Source: an uncultured Candidatus Peribacteria bacterium (GTDB lineage Bacteria > Patescibacteriota > Gracilibacteria > UBA1369 > LOWO2-01-FULL-3). Taken from it: DNA of 32,201 nucleotides. How positions within the stretch are numbered: the stretch's first letter is position 1; every line of letters begins with the position of its first letter. This document shows positions 24,766 through 32,023 of this stretch, piece by piece. The notes below the pieces were generated by a model. The model saw only the letters and a program-made list of their open reading frames with translations. It searched no databases and was not told the origin of the DNA. A program made the translations under genes and the position numbers. The stretch is from contig CAYODN010000001.1 in assembly GCA_964402735.1 (NCBI GenBank), positions 1-32,201 of the forward strand, in the 5' to 3' direction.

Positions 24766-25152
24766 ATGCAAACCCATACATTTCGACTAAAACCAAATCA
24801 GTTACTCAAAGAATCGCTTGAAAATTTTGTTTTAGAACACGATATCAAGGCAGGTGTAGTTTTATCTACAGTTGGCAGTCTTTCCTCCGCAACTGTTCGC
24901 ATGGCTGACGAAAGCATAAAAACATTAGATCAAAATTTTGAAATAGTTTCTTTGATCGGTACACTATCGATAGAAGGATGCCATTTGCATATTTCACTTT
25001 CAGCCAAAAACGGGACAGTAATTGGAGGACATTTAAAAGACGGATGCAAAATTCATACCACAGCCGAGATTGTTCTTGGTGAAATTCAAGACCGGATTTT
25101 TTCGCGAAATATGGATGAAAATACAGGATTTAAAGAATTAACAATTAATTAA
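24766..25152 (+). CDS. PPC (DUF296) domain protein
   Basis: MQTHTFRLKPNQLLKESLENFVLEHDIKAGVVLSTVGSLSSATVRMAD..GTLS..GCHLHISLS..GTVIGGHL is the typical PPC/DUF296 pattern. The track's TTG 24748 start is an alternative. Confidence 0.7.
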   Translation: MQTHTFRLKPNQLLKESLENFVLEHDIKAGVVLSTVGSLSSATVRMADESIKTLDQNFEIVSLIGTLSIEGCHLHISLSAKNGTVIGGHLKDGCKIHTTAEIVLGEIQDRIFSRNMDENTGFKELTIN

Positions 25153-25153
25153 T

Positions 25154-25615
25154 ATGACAGAAACACAAGCTACAAAAATACAAAGACATAAAATTATTCC
25201 GGCATCCTATTTAGTACTCATAAAAGACAACAAAGTTTTATTACAACGAAGGTTTAATACTGGTTTTGAAGATGGAATGTATTCATTTGTTGCGGGACAC
25301 GTAGACCCGAACGAAACATTTTCAATTGCTATTATTCGTGAATCTAAGGAAGAAGTTGGAATAACGCTTAATCCGAAAGATCTGAATGTTGTTCACGTTT
25401 TACACAGAAAATCCACACAAGGAGGGGAGGAGCGAATTGATATTTTCTTCAGCGCAAACAATTGGGAAGGAGAAATCACAAATATGGAACCGCACAAATG
25501 CGATGATTTATCATGGTTTGATTTGGATTCCTTGCCTGAAAACATTATTTCTTACATCAAAGAAGTCTTGAAAAATATTCTAAAAAATAAAATTTATAAT
25601 GAATTTGGTTGGTAA
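25154..25615 (+). CDS. Nudix hydrolase
   Basis: 153 aa. The Nudix box is AGHVDPNETFSIAIIRESKEEVG. It is a paralogue of 11549-11980. Confidence 0.85.
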   Translation: MTETQATKIQRHKIIPASYLVLIKDNKVLLQRRFNTGFEDGMYSFVAGHVDPNETFSIAIIRESKEEVGITLNPKDLNVVHVLHRKSTQGGEERIDIFFSANNWEGEITNMEPHKCDDLSWFDLDSLPENIISYIKEVLKNILKNKIYNEFGW

Positions 25616-25633
25616 AACGACGATAATTTTTTT

Positions 25634-26050
25634 ATGGAAAGTTTGAAAGTATTGAACGATTTTAAAAAAAGAATATTTACAAAAAATGAAATGAAAATCT
25701 GCATCAGTGCGAGCATGAAATTTCAAAAAGAAATTACAGAAGCCTCCGAAAAGCTCGATTCCTTAGGTATAAAAAACACCTTTCCATCTCCCAAAACACC
25801 ACACGAGGGCGAGAATTTTAACGAATTTGTAAGAAAATTATTTGATGAACATTTTGAAAAAATAAAAGATGCCGATGCTTTATTGGTCGTAAATCCGGGC
25901 GGATATATCGGTTCCGCCGTAAAAATCGAAATCGGATACGCCAAAGCCCTCAATAAAAAAATAATATTTCTCGAAGCAGCAAACGAAAAAGAGCTCACAG
26001 CCATTGCAGACGAAATCACATCACTGGAAAAATTTTCGCCACATCAATAA
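25634..26050 (+). CDS. Nucleoside 2-deoxyribosyltransferase-like (NDT/DNPH1-fold) protein
   Basis: 138 aa. MKICISASMKF..ADALLVVNPGGYIGSAVKIEIGYAKALNKKIIFL resembles the NDT-family core, with the conserved Glu in E(I)GYA. The true start may be the internal MKICIS. Confidence 0.5.
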   Translation: MESLKVLNDFKKRIFTKNEMKICISASMKFQKEITEASEKLDSLGIKNTFPSPKTPHEGENFNEFVRKLFDEHFEKIKDADALLVVNPGGYIGSAVKIEIGYAKALNKKIIFLEAANEKELTAIADEITSLEKFSPHQ

Positions 26051-26058
26051 ATCTTACC

Positions 26059-26886
26059 ATGACCGAAAATCTTGTACCAAAACTCGGTATCGGCACCTGG
26101 AAAATGGGAGGTAAACTTACCCCCGACTATTCAAATGATGAGCTCGAAATTAAGGCCATCGAAGCTGCGATTAAGCTTGGTATCACTCATATCGATACCG
26201 CGAAAAAATACGGTGGTGGTCATGCCGAGGAATTGGTGGGACAGGCCATTAGTAGTTTTGATAGGAAAAAATTATTCATTACTTCAAAATTGGAAATCAA
26301 AGATCGAAGCGCAAGTGAAATAATAAAAGCCTGTGAATCAAGCCTTAAAAGGCTTCATACCGATTTTTTGGATTTGTACTTGGTTCATGAATACTCGCAA
26401 AATATAAGGGAAGCCATGTTGGCCTTTGATCAACTGATCGAATCCGGAAAAATTAGGTTTATGGGTGTTAGCAATTTTTCAGTAGAGCAAATAATTGAAG
26501 CTCAAAAGTTTACCCAAAATCCCATTTCCGCAAACGAAATCGAATACAATTTATTAACCAGAAACAGGGGACAGTTCACTCAAAATATGGAAAACAAAAT
26601 AATCCCATATTGTCAGGAACAAAATATTCAAATTATCGCATACAGACCCCTTGCAAAAGGCGATATTTTTAATTTTCATAAAGTAATCTTTGAAACTTTA
26701 CAGAAAAAATATCAAAAAACCTTTTCTCAAATCGCATTAAATTGGCTAATTTCAAAGAAAGGAATCAGCGCGATTTTCAAATCTTCGACCCCCTCTCACA
26801 TCGAAGAAAACCTCGGGGCTTTGGGATGGAGCATGGACTTGTCGGATACTTTGATTTTGGATAATTTGGAGGAGGTATCTTATTAA
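26059..26886 (+). CDS. Aldo/keto reductase
   Basis: 275 aa. Motifs are LGIGTWKMGG, ITHIDTAKKYGGGHAEELVGQAI, LFITSKL, LKRLHTDFLDLYLVHE and IRFMGVSNF. Confidence 0.9.
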   Translation: MTENLVPKLGIGTWKMGGKLTPDYSNDELEIKAIEAAIKLGITHIDTAKKYGGGHAEELVGQAISSFDRKKLFITSKLEIKDRSASEIIKACESSLKRLHTDFLDLYLVHEYSQNIREAMLAFDQLIESGKIRFMGVSNFSVEQIIEAQKFTQNPISANEIEYNLLTRNRGQFTQNMENKIIPYCQEQNIQIIAYRPLAKGDIFNFHKVIFETLQKKYQKTFSQIALNWLISKKGISAIFKSSTPSHIEENLGALGWSMDLSDTLILDNLEEVSY

Positions 26887-26895
26887 ATAATTATT

Positions 26896-27324
26896 ATGCC
26901 CTGCATTTTTTGCTCTCAGGAAATTCAAAAACATTTTGTTAAAATATTTGAAGACGAAAAAGTCTTTGTGATAATGGATCACGAACCTGTGAATCCCGGC
27001 CACGTTTTAATTCTTCCTAAAAAACACATTCCATCTTTTCAAAACACTGACATGGATCTGTTTCAACACATTATGAATCTGACCCATACGATGGGCAAAA
27101 TAATTAAAAAAGCATTTAAATGCAAAAAAGTGGGAGTTTTGATTGCCGGATTCGATGTTCCACATTTGCATATCCACATTATTCCGATGAGTGATATAAA
27201 AGATGTTTCTACAAGAAGAATGTGGGAAGATTCAAATTTCCGCGTAAATAAAAGCGATTTAAAATTTCACAGAGACACGATTTTGGATATTATGAAAGAA
27301 AATAAAATCAATCTGGCAAAATAA
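26896..27324 (+). CDS. HIT family protein
   Basis: 142 aa. The N-terminal motifs are CIFCSQ and PVNPGHVLILPKKH. The histidine triad is VPHLHIHIIP. Confidence 0.85.
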   Translation: MPCIFCSQEIQKHFVKIFEDEKVFVIMDHEPVNPGHVLILPKKHIPSFQNTDMDLFQHIMNLTHTMGKIIKKAFKCKKVGVLIAGFDVPHLHIHIIPMSDIKDVSTRRMWEDSNFRVNKSDLKFHRDTILDIMKENKINLAK

Positions 27325-27349
27325 TTTGAGTTTTAAAAACAATATTTTA

Positions 27350-27401
27350 AAACTTTATAAAGTATTTAAAATTGGACAAACTTTATAAAGTTTGCTAAAA
27401 T
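27350..27401 (+). promoter_or_regulatory. Promoter TTGGAC-N18-TAAAAT with two copies of a 16-bp palindrome (putative autoregulatory operator of HTH-Fic)
   Basis: AAACTTTATAAAGTAT lies at 27350-27365 (15/16 match). The perfect palindrome AAACTTTATAAAGTTT lies at 27378-27393, filling the spacer between TTGGAC (27372-27377) and TAAAAT (27396-27401). The ATG at 27408 starts 6 nt after the -10. Confidence 0.5.
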
Positions 27402-27407
27402 ACAGAT

Positions 27408-28337
27408 ATGATGAAAACATCTGAAAAACTCAAGCTCATACAAAAAATATCCGAATTAAGTCAGCAAAAATTGGCTGATAAGATCGGTGTAAGTTTTGTT
27501 GCTTTTAATTCTTGGATAAACGAACGAAGCCAACCCCGGAAAAAGGCTCTTGTGAAAATCGATGAAATATATAAAGAACTAACCGGCCAAAAACAAATTC
27601 CGGAAAATGTGTTAATAGCAAAAAAAAATCTCATTCAAAACAAAATTAAAAAATCCGGATCCGTTTTGAATAAAATATTGAAATACAAAGATCTCTATGA
27701 AAGATTTATTCTTTCTCTTACCTACAACTCCAATAAAATTGAGGGAAGTACTCTGTCTGAAGACGATACTGCCTCAATCATTTTCGAAGGACTTACATTG
27801 CCAAACAAAACGTTAATAGAGCAAATGGAAGCCAAAAATCATCAGACGGCAATTGATTTTATTTTTGAACATATTAAAAAAAAAGCACCCATAAACGAAG
27901 AGTTTTTACTTAGAATTCACGCAATACTTATGAATAGTATTATTCCTGACGCAGGCTTTTACCGCAGACACGGTGTTCGTATCACAGGATCAAATGTCGT
28001 GACCGCAAATTATTTAAAAATTCCTGAAAAAATGGAAGATTTTTTTGTACAATTGAATGAAAACAAACAAGATATCATTAAAAAAATAGCAACACTTCAT
28101 GCAATTTTTGAACAAATTCATCCCTTTGCGGATGGAAATGGCAGATCGGGGCGTCTTTTATTTTTAGCTCAACTTTTGGAAAAAAACATCGCACCTGCAA
28201 TAATTTACCAAGAACAAAAAAAGACCTATATCAGCTATTTAAACAAAGCTCAAATAACGGGAGACACAAGCTTGCTTGAGGATTTATTTTGCGATTCAAT
28301 CCTCGAAGGTTATAAAATTTTAGAAAGAAAATTTTAA
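27408..28337 (+). CDS. Fic family protein with N-terminal XRE-type HTH domain
   Basis: 309 aa. The HTH is LSQQKLADKIGVSFVAFNSWINERSQP. The canonical Fic motif is HPFADGNGRSGRLL. A class-II-type intramolecular inhibitory motif SNKIEG ((S/T)xxxE(G/N)) lies upstream of the core. Confidence 0.9.
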   Translation: MMKTSEKLKLIQKISELSQQKLADKIGVSFVAFNSWINERSQPRKKALVKIDEIYKELTGQKQIPENVLIAKKNLIQNKIKKSGSVLNKILKYKDLYERFILSLTYNSNKIEGSTLSEDDTASIIFEGLTLPNKTLIEQMEAKNHQTAIDFIFEHIKKKAPINEEFLLRIHAILMNSIIPDAGFYRRHGVRITGSNVVTANYLKIPEKMEDFFVQLNENKQDIIKKIATLHAIFEQIHPFADGNGRSGRLLFLAQLLEKNIAPAIIYQEQKKTYISYLNKAQITGDTSLLEDLFCDSILEGYKILERKF

Positions 28338-28339
28338 AT

Positions 28340-29041
28340 ATGTCCGTTCCAATTAACAACAACAAAATCCTTCTCGGCACCTCCGAAAAATCCGATGGCT
28401 CGATGCGGGTCACTTTTCCGAATTTCATTGCGGAAAATCTCGAAAATCGTTCAACTTTTCTAAAAAAGCACAATCTAAACCACTCGGATACCGTGTCTCC
28501 TGTACTTGAACACACAAAAAATGTTGCACTTGTTGGTCAAAACGATAAAGGCAAAATCCTTCCGAATATCGATGGGCTTATCACAAACGAACCCGGAATT
28601 ATACTCACGGTTACGGCCGCCGACTGCGCTCCGGTATTTTTTTTCGATCCGCAAAAAAATGCGATAGCGATTGCTCATGAAGGATGGCGCGGAATTGAGC
28701 GGAATATTAGTTTAGAGGTCTTAAACGAAATGAACAAAAACTTTGGAACCAAGCCTGAAAATGTTCTTGTTCACATAGGTGCTCATCTTCGAAAATGCCA
28801 TTTTGAGGTGAAGGAAGATGTTGCGGAAAAATTTCCGGAACATACGCAAAAAATAAACGGCACACTTTTCGTGGATCTCTCCTCAAAAATGCTGGATCAA
28901 TTTCTTTCGCTTGGCTTAAAACAGGAAAATATCACTCAAGATTTAAGATGCACTTTTTGTGAACGTGAAAAGCTCTTTTCCTTCCGTCGCGATAAACCTA
29001 AAGAAATCCAAAGCTTCCTCGGATTTATTGTATTACTATAA
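28340..29041 (+). CDS. pgeF: Peptidoglycan editing factor PgeF / YfiH (laccase-domain, DUF152) protein
   Basis: 233 aa. Motifs are LTVTAADCAPVFFFD, AIAHEGWRG and CTFCEREKLFSFRRD. Confidence 0.85.
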   Translation: MSVPINNNKILLGTSEKSDGSMRVTFPNFIAENLENRSTFLKKHNLNHSDTVSPVLEHTKNVALVGQNDKGKILPNIDGLITNEPGIILTVTAADCAPVFFFDPQKNAIAIAHEGWRGIERNISLEVLNEMNKNFGTKPENVLVHIGAHLRKCHFEVKEDVAEKFPEHTQKINGTLFVDLSSKMLDQFLSLGLKQENITQDLRCTFCEREKLFSFRRDKPKEIQSFLGFIVLL

Positions 29042-29063
29042 ATTATTAATAAAACACAAAAAT

Positions 29064-29537
29064 ATGGAATACTGGAAATTTATTAGAGAAAAAGTAGGTC
29101 AAGAAAAAGTTCTATTTAATGGCTGTATTGGTGCAATTGTAAAAGGCGATGAAATTTTACTAGTCTTTGATAAAGGTAGAAAACATTGGCAATTACCCGG
29201 TGGGCTTCAAGATCTCGAAGAATCCGTGGAACAAACGGCAATAAGGGAAATTTCAGAAGAACTGGGAATCAAAGGTACTATTAAAGAATTAATTTCTGTT
29301 TACTCGGACCCAAAATGGTCTTTTGTTTATCCAAACGGAGATCCTCTACAAATAGTTGATTTTCTATTTCTAATGGAAGTTTCAGAAGAAGAACTGGAAA
29401 AAATAAAAATTGACGAAAACGAAATCACAGAATATAATTGGTTCTCCTTTTCAGAACTTCCCGAAACTTTGCATCCAAAATGCCGCCTTATGTGCAAAGA
29501 CATACAGGAATACAAAGGACGGACATTCTTACGATAA
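29064..29537 (+). CDS. Nudix hydrolase
   Basis: Starts at MEYWKFIREK. The Nudix box is PGGLQDLEESVEQTAIREISEELG. The track's 28959 start overlaps pgeF and is rejected. Confidence 0.85.
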   Translation: MEYWKFIREKVGQEKVLFNGCIGAIVKGDEILLVFDKGRKHWQLPGGLQDLEESVEQTAIREISEELGIKGTIKELISVYSDPKWSFVYPNGDPLQIVDFLFLMEVSEEELEKIKIDENEITEYNWFSFSELPETLHPKCRLMCKDIQEYKGRTFLR

Positions 29538-29556
29538 AACTCTAATTCTAAAAAAC

Positions 29557-30117
29557 ATGAAAGAAACACAAAAGACCATACCCTGGGAAAAATTAAACGA
29601 AACGCCTTATAAAGCCGGATACAGACGATGGATAAACAAAGAATTCGAGCTTCCAAATGGGAAAATAGCTGATTTTGATATTAAACACGAAGGAGAGACG
29701 GCCGCGGTTTTAGCCATTACACTTGAAAACAAGGTGCTTATAGCCAGACAATTTAGACCAGGCCCTGAAATGATTATTGATGAACTCCCGGGAGGCGCTA
29801 TAGACAAAGGAGAAGAACCAATCGACGCAATGAAAAGAGAACTTCTTGAAGAAACCGGCTACACCGGAGATTTGGAATATTTGGGAAAAAGTATGTCTTG
29901 TGCATATTCAACAAGAATATGCCATCATTTTCTCGCCCGAAATTGTAAGAAAATTCAGGAACCAGACCTTGATGATACAGAATTTGTTGAGCTAATTGAA
30001 AAATCCATCGAAGATTTTAAAAAACAATTGGATGAGGGGATGTTTAGCAACGAGAGAACAGCTTACAGAGGCCTTAAAAGGCTCGGATTTTATAACTGGC
30101 AAAATCCTGAAATATAA
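29557..30117 (+). CDS. Nudix hydrolase, ADP-ribose pyrophosphatase-like
   Basis: Starts at MKETQKTIPWEKL. The Nudix box is LPGGAIDKGEEPIDAMKRELLEETGY. The N-terminal beta-domain resembles that of NudF-type enzymes. The track's 29410 start overlaps the previous gene. Confidence 0.8.
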   Translation: MKETQKTIPWEKLNETPYKAGYRRWINKEFELPNGKIADFDIKHEGETAAVLAITLENKVLIARQFRPGPEMIIDELPGGAIDKGEEPIDAMKRELLEETGYTGDLEYLGKSMSCAYSTRICHHFLARNCKKIQEPDLDDTEFVELIEKSIEDFKKQLDEGMFSNERTAYRGLKRLGFYNWQNPEI

Positions 30118-30160
30118 TTCACAAAGCCGAAATGACTCTTCTTGAAGGGTTAAAATACCT

Positions 30161-30189
30161 TTGATTTGTATCTACAAATATGATAATAT
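30161..30189 (+). promoter_or_regulatory. Sigma70-like promoter TTGATT-N17-TAATAT upstream of hicA
   Basis: TTGATT is at 30161-30166 and TAATAT at 30184-30189. CTACA...TGTAG half-sites flank the -10. The ATG is 21 nt downstream. Confidence 0.4.
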
Positions 30190-30210
30190 GTAGTTACAAA
30201 AATCACAACC

Positions 30211-30456
30211 ATGACCAGAAAAGAAAAACTGCTTAATCGTTTTTTTACGCAACCGACAAGCCTTAGGTATAGTGAACTCGAAACGGTTCTGACTATGTAT
30301 AAGTTTGAGAAAGTTTCCACAAAAGGCAGTCATAATAAATTCAAAAATCCAAATTCAAACTATGATTTAATCATTCCGGTTCACAACAACGAATGTAAAG
30401 ATTTTTACAAAACACTAGCATTAAAAATTATTAAAGAAACAAACAACATTAATTAA
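30211..30456 (+). CDS. hicA: Type II toxin-antitoxin system HicA-family mRNA interferase toxin
   Basis: 81 aa. LRYSELETVLTMYKFEKVSTKGSHNKFKNP..DLIIPVHNNE matches the HicA/YcfA pattern (GSH...vP.H). Confidence 0.8.
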   Translation: MTRKEKLLNRFFTQPTSLRYSELETVLTMYKFEKVSTKGSHNKFKNPNSNYDLIIPVHNNECKDFYKTLALKIIKETNNIN

Positions 30457-30467
30457 ACCGCCAAACA

Positions 30468-30797
30468 ATGAAAGCTTCACTCAAGCACTTTATAACTATC
30501 AATAATAAAAAATATTTTTACACTCTAAGCCCGAAGAAGGACAACACAACCATGCTTGTTTGTGAGGCGGCTAAAATTCGCCAAGAATTTCCAAATGAAG
30601 ACATACCAAATTTGCTTTTTGACCTTCCTAATCTGATACAAGCGGAAAAAAATTATAAAACAACGCAGTCGGAAATGATTCGTTTCCGTGTTTCAACAAT
30701 GGATAAAAAATTGATTGAGAAAAATGCTATACAAAAAGGATACAAGTCCGTTTCCCTATATTTAAGGGATTTGGCTTTGGGAAATACAAAAAAATGA
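30468..30797 (+). CDS. Putative antitoxin (HicB-like position) with C-terminal ribbon-helix-helix
   Basis: 109 aa. The C-terminus IRFRVSTMDKKLIEKNAIQKGYKSVSLYLRDLALG is RHH/CopG/MobC-like. It lies 11 nt downstream of hicA. The N-terminal domain is unassigned. Confidence 0.55.
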   Translation: MKASLKHFITINNKKYFYTLSPKKDNTTMLVCEAAKIRQEFPNEDIPNLLFDLPNLIQAEKNYKTTQSEMIRFRVSTMDKKLIEKNAIQKGYKSVSLYLRDLALGNTKK

Positions 30798-31252
30798 CCC
30801 ACGAAGATTTCTTTAAATTAACAGCTTCCCTTGCAAAAGACGCTACATGTCTCCGTTCAAAATGCGCCTCAATAATAGTAAAAGACGGCGAAATAATAGG
30901 GCAAGGCATAAATACTCCTCCCAAAAATCTTGAAGCACAAAGAAGATGCGAAAACGAAAAAGACTCATACCACAAAAAAGTAACGGACAAGACTTGTTGT
31001 GTTCATGCGGAGCAAAGAGCGATTATGGACGCACTTCGAAAAAATCCCGAAAAAATGGAAGGATCAACCCTTTATTTCATAAGACTCGATAAAGACGAAA
31101 AATTAAGCTTCGCAGGTGCCCCATATTGCACGATTTGCAGCAAAATGGCCCTTGATGTGGGAATTTTCAAATTCCTTCTCTGGCACGAATCCGGCATCAA
31201 AGAATACGATACAGATACCTACAACGATTTATCTTTTTCATATCGGGAATAA
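30794..31252 (+). CDS. dCMP deaminase-family (cytidine/deoxycytidylate deaminase zinc-binding) protein
   Basis: 152 aa. Motifs are CVHAEQRAI and PYCTICSKM (HAE + PCxxC). The long insert before HAE is typical of dCMP deaminases (ComEB-like). An ATGA overlap links it to the antitoxin-like gene. Confidence 0.8.
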   Translation: MTHEDFFKLTASLAKDATCLRSKCASIIVKDGEIIGQGINTPPKNLEAQRRCENEKDSYHKKVTDKTCCVHAEQRAIMDALRKNPEKMEGSTLYFIRLDKDEKLSFAGAPYCTICSKMALDVGIFKFLLWHESGIKEYDTDTYNDLSFSYRE

Positions 31253-31304
31253 TGAATCTGCATTTTTTGTTTTAAATCAATGAGGTTTTTGATAAACTAA
31301 AAAT

Positions 31305-31598
31305 ATGAGTATTCAAATAATAAAAAAACAGATTTTGCCCACTTTAAAGAGAGAAGGAGCGATAAAAGTCGCTATCTTTGGGTCTTTTGCCAGAGGTGAA
31401 GAAAAAAAATCCAGCGACATCGACCTTTTGGTTAAGTTTCAAAATCAAATTTCTTTGCTCACTCTATCTTCAATAAAAATTCGATTGGAAGAAAAACTAA
31501 ATCGAAAAGTTGATTTATTGACTTATGGATGCATTAATCCTCGGTTGAAAGAAAGTATTTTAAGCGAACAAAAAATAATTTATGAAAAAAAACGCTGA
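31305..31598 (+). CDS. MNT-type minimal nucleotidyltransferase (antitoxin of the HEPN/MNT module)
   Basis: 97 aa. The motif is IFGSFARGEEKKSSDIDLLV. It overlaps the downstream HEPN frame by 17 nt. Confidence 0.85.
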   Translation: MSIQIIKKQILPTLKREGAIKVAIFGSFARGEEKKSSDIDLLVKFQNQISLLTLSSIKIRLEEKLNRKVDLLTYGCINPRLKESILSEQKIIYEKKR

Positions 31599-31953
31599 GA
31601 TTTTTGTCGAACACATTTGGGACAGCATCATTGATATAGAAAATTACACGGAAAATATTAAAAAACCGGATTTTTCCAAAAACAAAATGATGCAGGATGC
31701 GGTTATCAGAAAAATCGAAATTATTGGATAAGCTGTGAAAAATTTGCCATCCGGCTTTCGGAAAAGCCATCCGGAAATCGCATGGAAAGAAATTGCGGGT
31801 ATGAGAGATATTCTGATCCACGAATATTTTGGTGTTAATATCAATTTAGTGTGGGAAACAATAAAAAAAGACATTCCAAACCTTAAAAAACAAATCACAA
31901 ACTTGTTAAACGGCCTGAAAATTCGTAACAAAACTATTTTTTACGATCTATAA
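31582..31953 (+). pseudogene. HEPN (DUF86) toxin gene interrupted by an in-frame TAA
   Basis: From ATG 31582 the frame reads MKKNAEIFVEHIWDSIIDIENYTENIKKPDFSKNKMMQDAVIRKIEIIG-TAA(31729-31731)-AVKNLPSGFRKSHPEIAWKEIAGMRDILIHEYF. The stop replaces the Glu of the family-typical EIIGEA motif. The RxxxxH catalytic motif (RDILIH) lies downstream of the stop. Confidence 0.8.
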
Positions 31954-32023
31954 AAAGCTCTTTATCCTTGACTTTTTCACTCCACGGGAATAATCCATAA
32001 AAAATAATTTTAACCGCAATTTT

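Noticed and set aside
28959-29556. Long N-terminal extensions of the two Nudix ORFs (track starts 28959 and 29410)
   Set aside because: The extensions overlap the preceding genes by 83 and 128 nt and have no homology-like features. Internal ATGs at 29064 and 29557 give normal Nudix lengths and short intergenic gaps.
4421-31731. Stop-codon reassignment (TAA read as sense, or a UGA-recoding genetic code) to explain the in-frame TAAs at 4421-4423 and 31729-31731
   Set aside because: TAA, TAG and TGA all terminate well-delimited genes throughout the window; examples are TAA at 5624, 6324 and 7580, TAG at 3497 and 8749, and TGA at 961 and 31598. Conserved proteins end at the expected lengths. Point nonsense mutations or sequencing errors are the simpler explanation.
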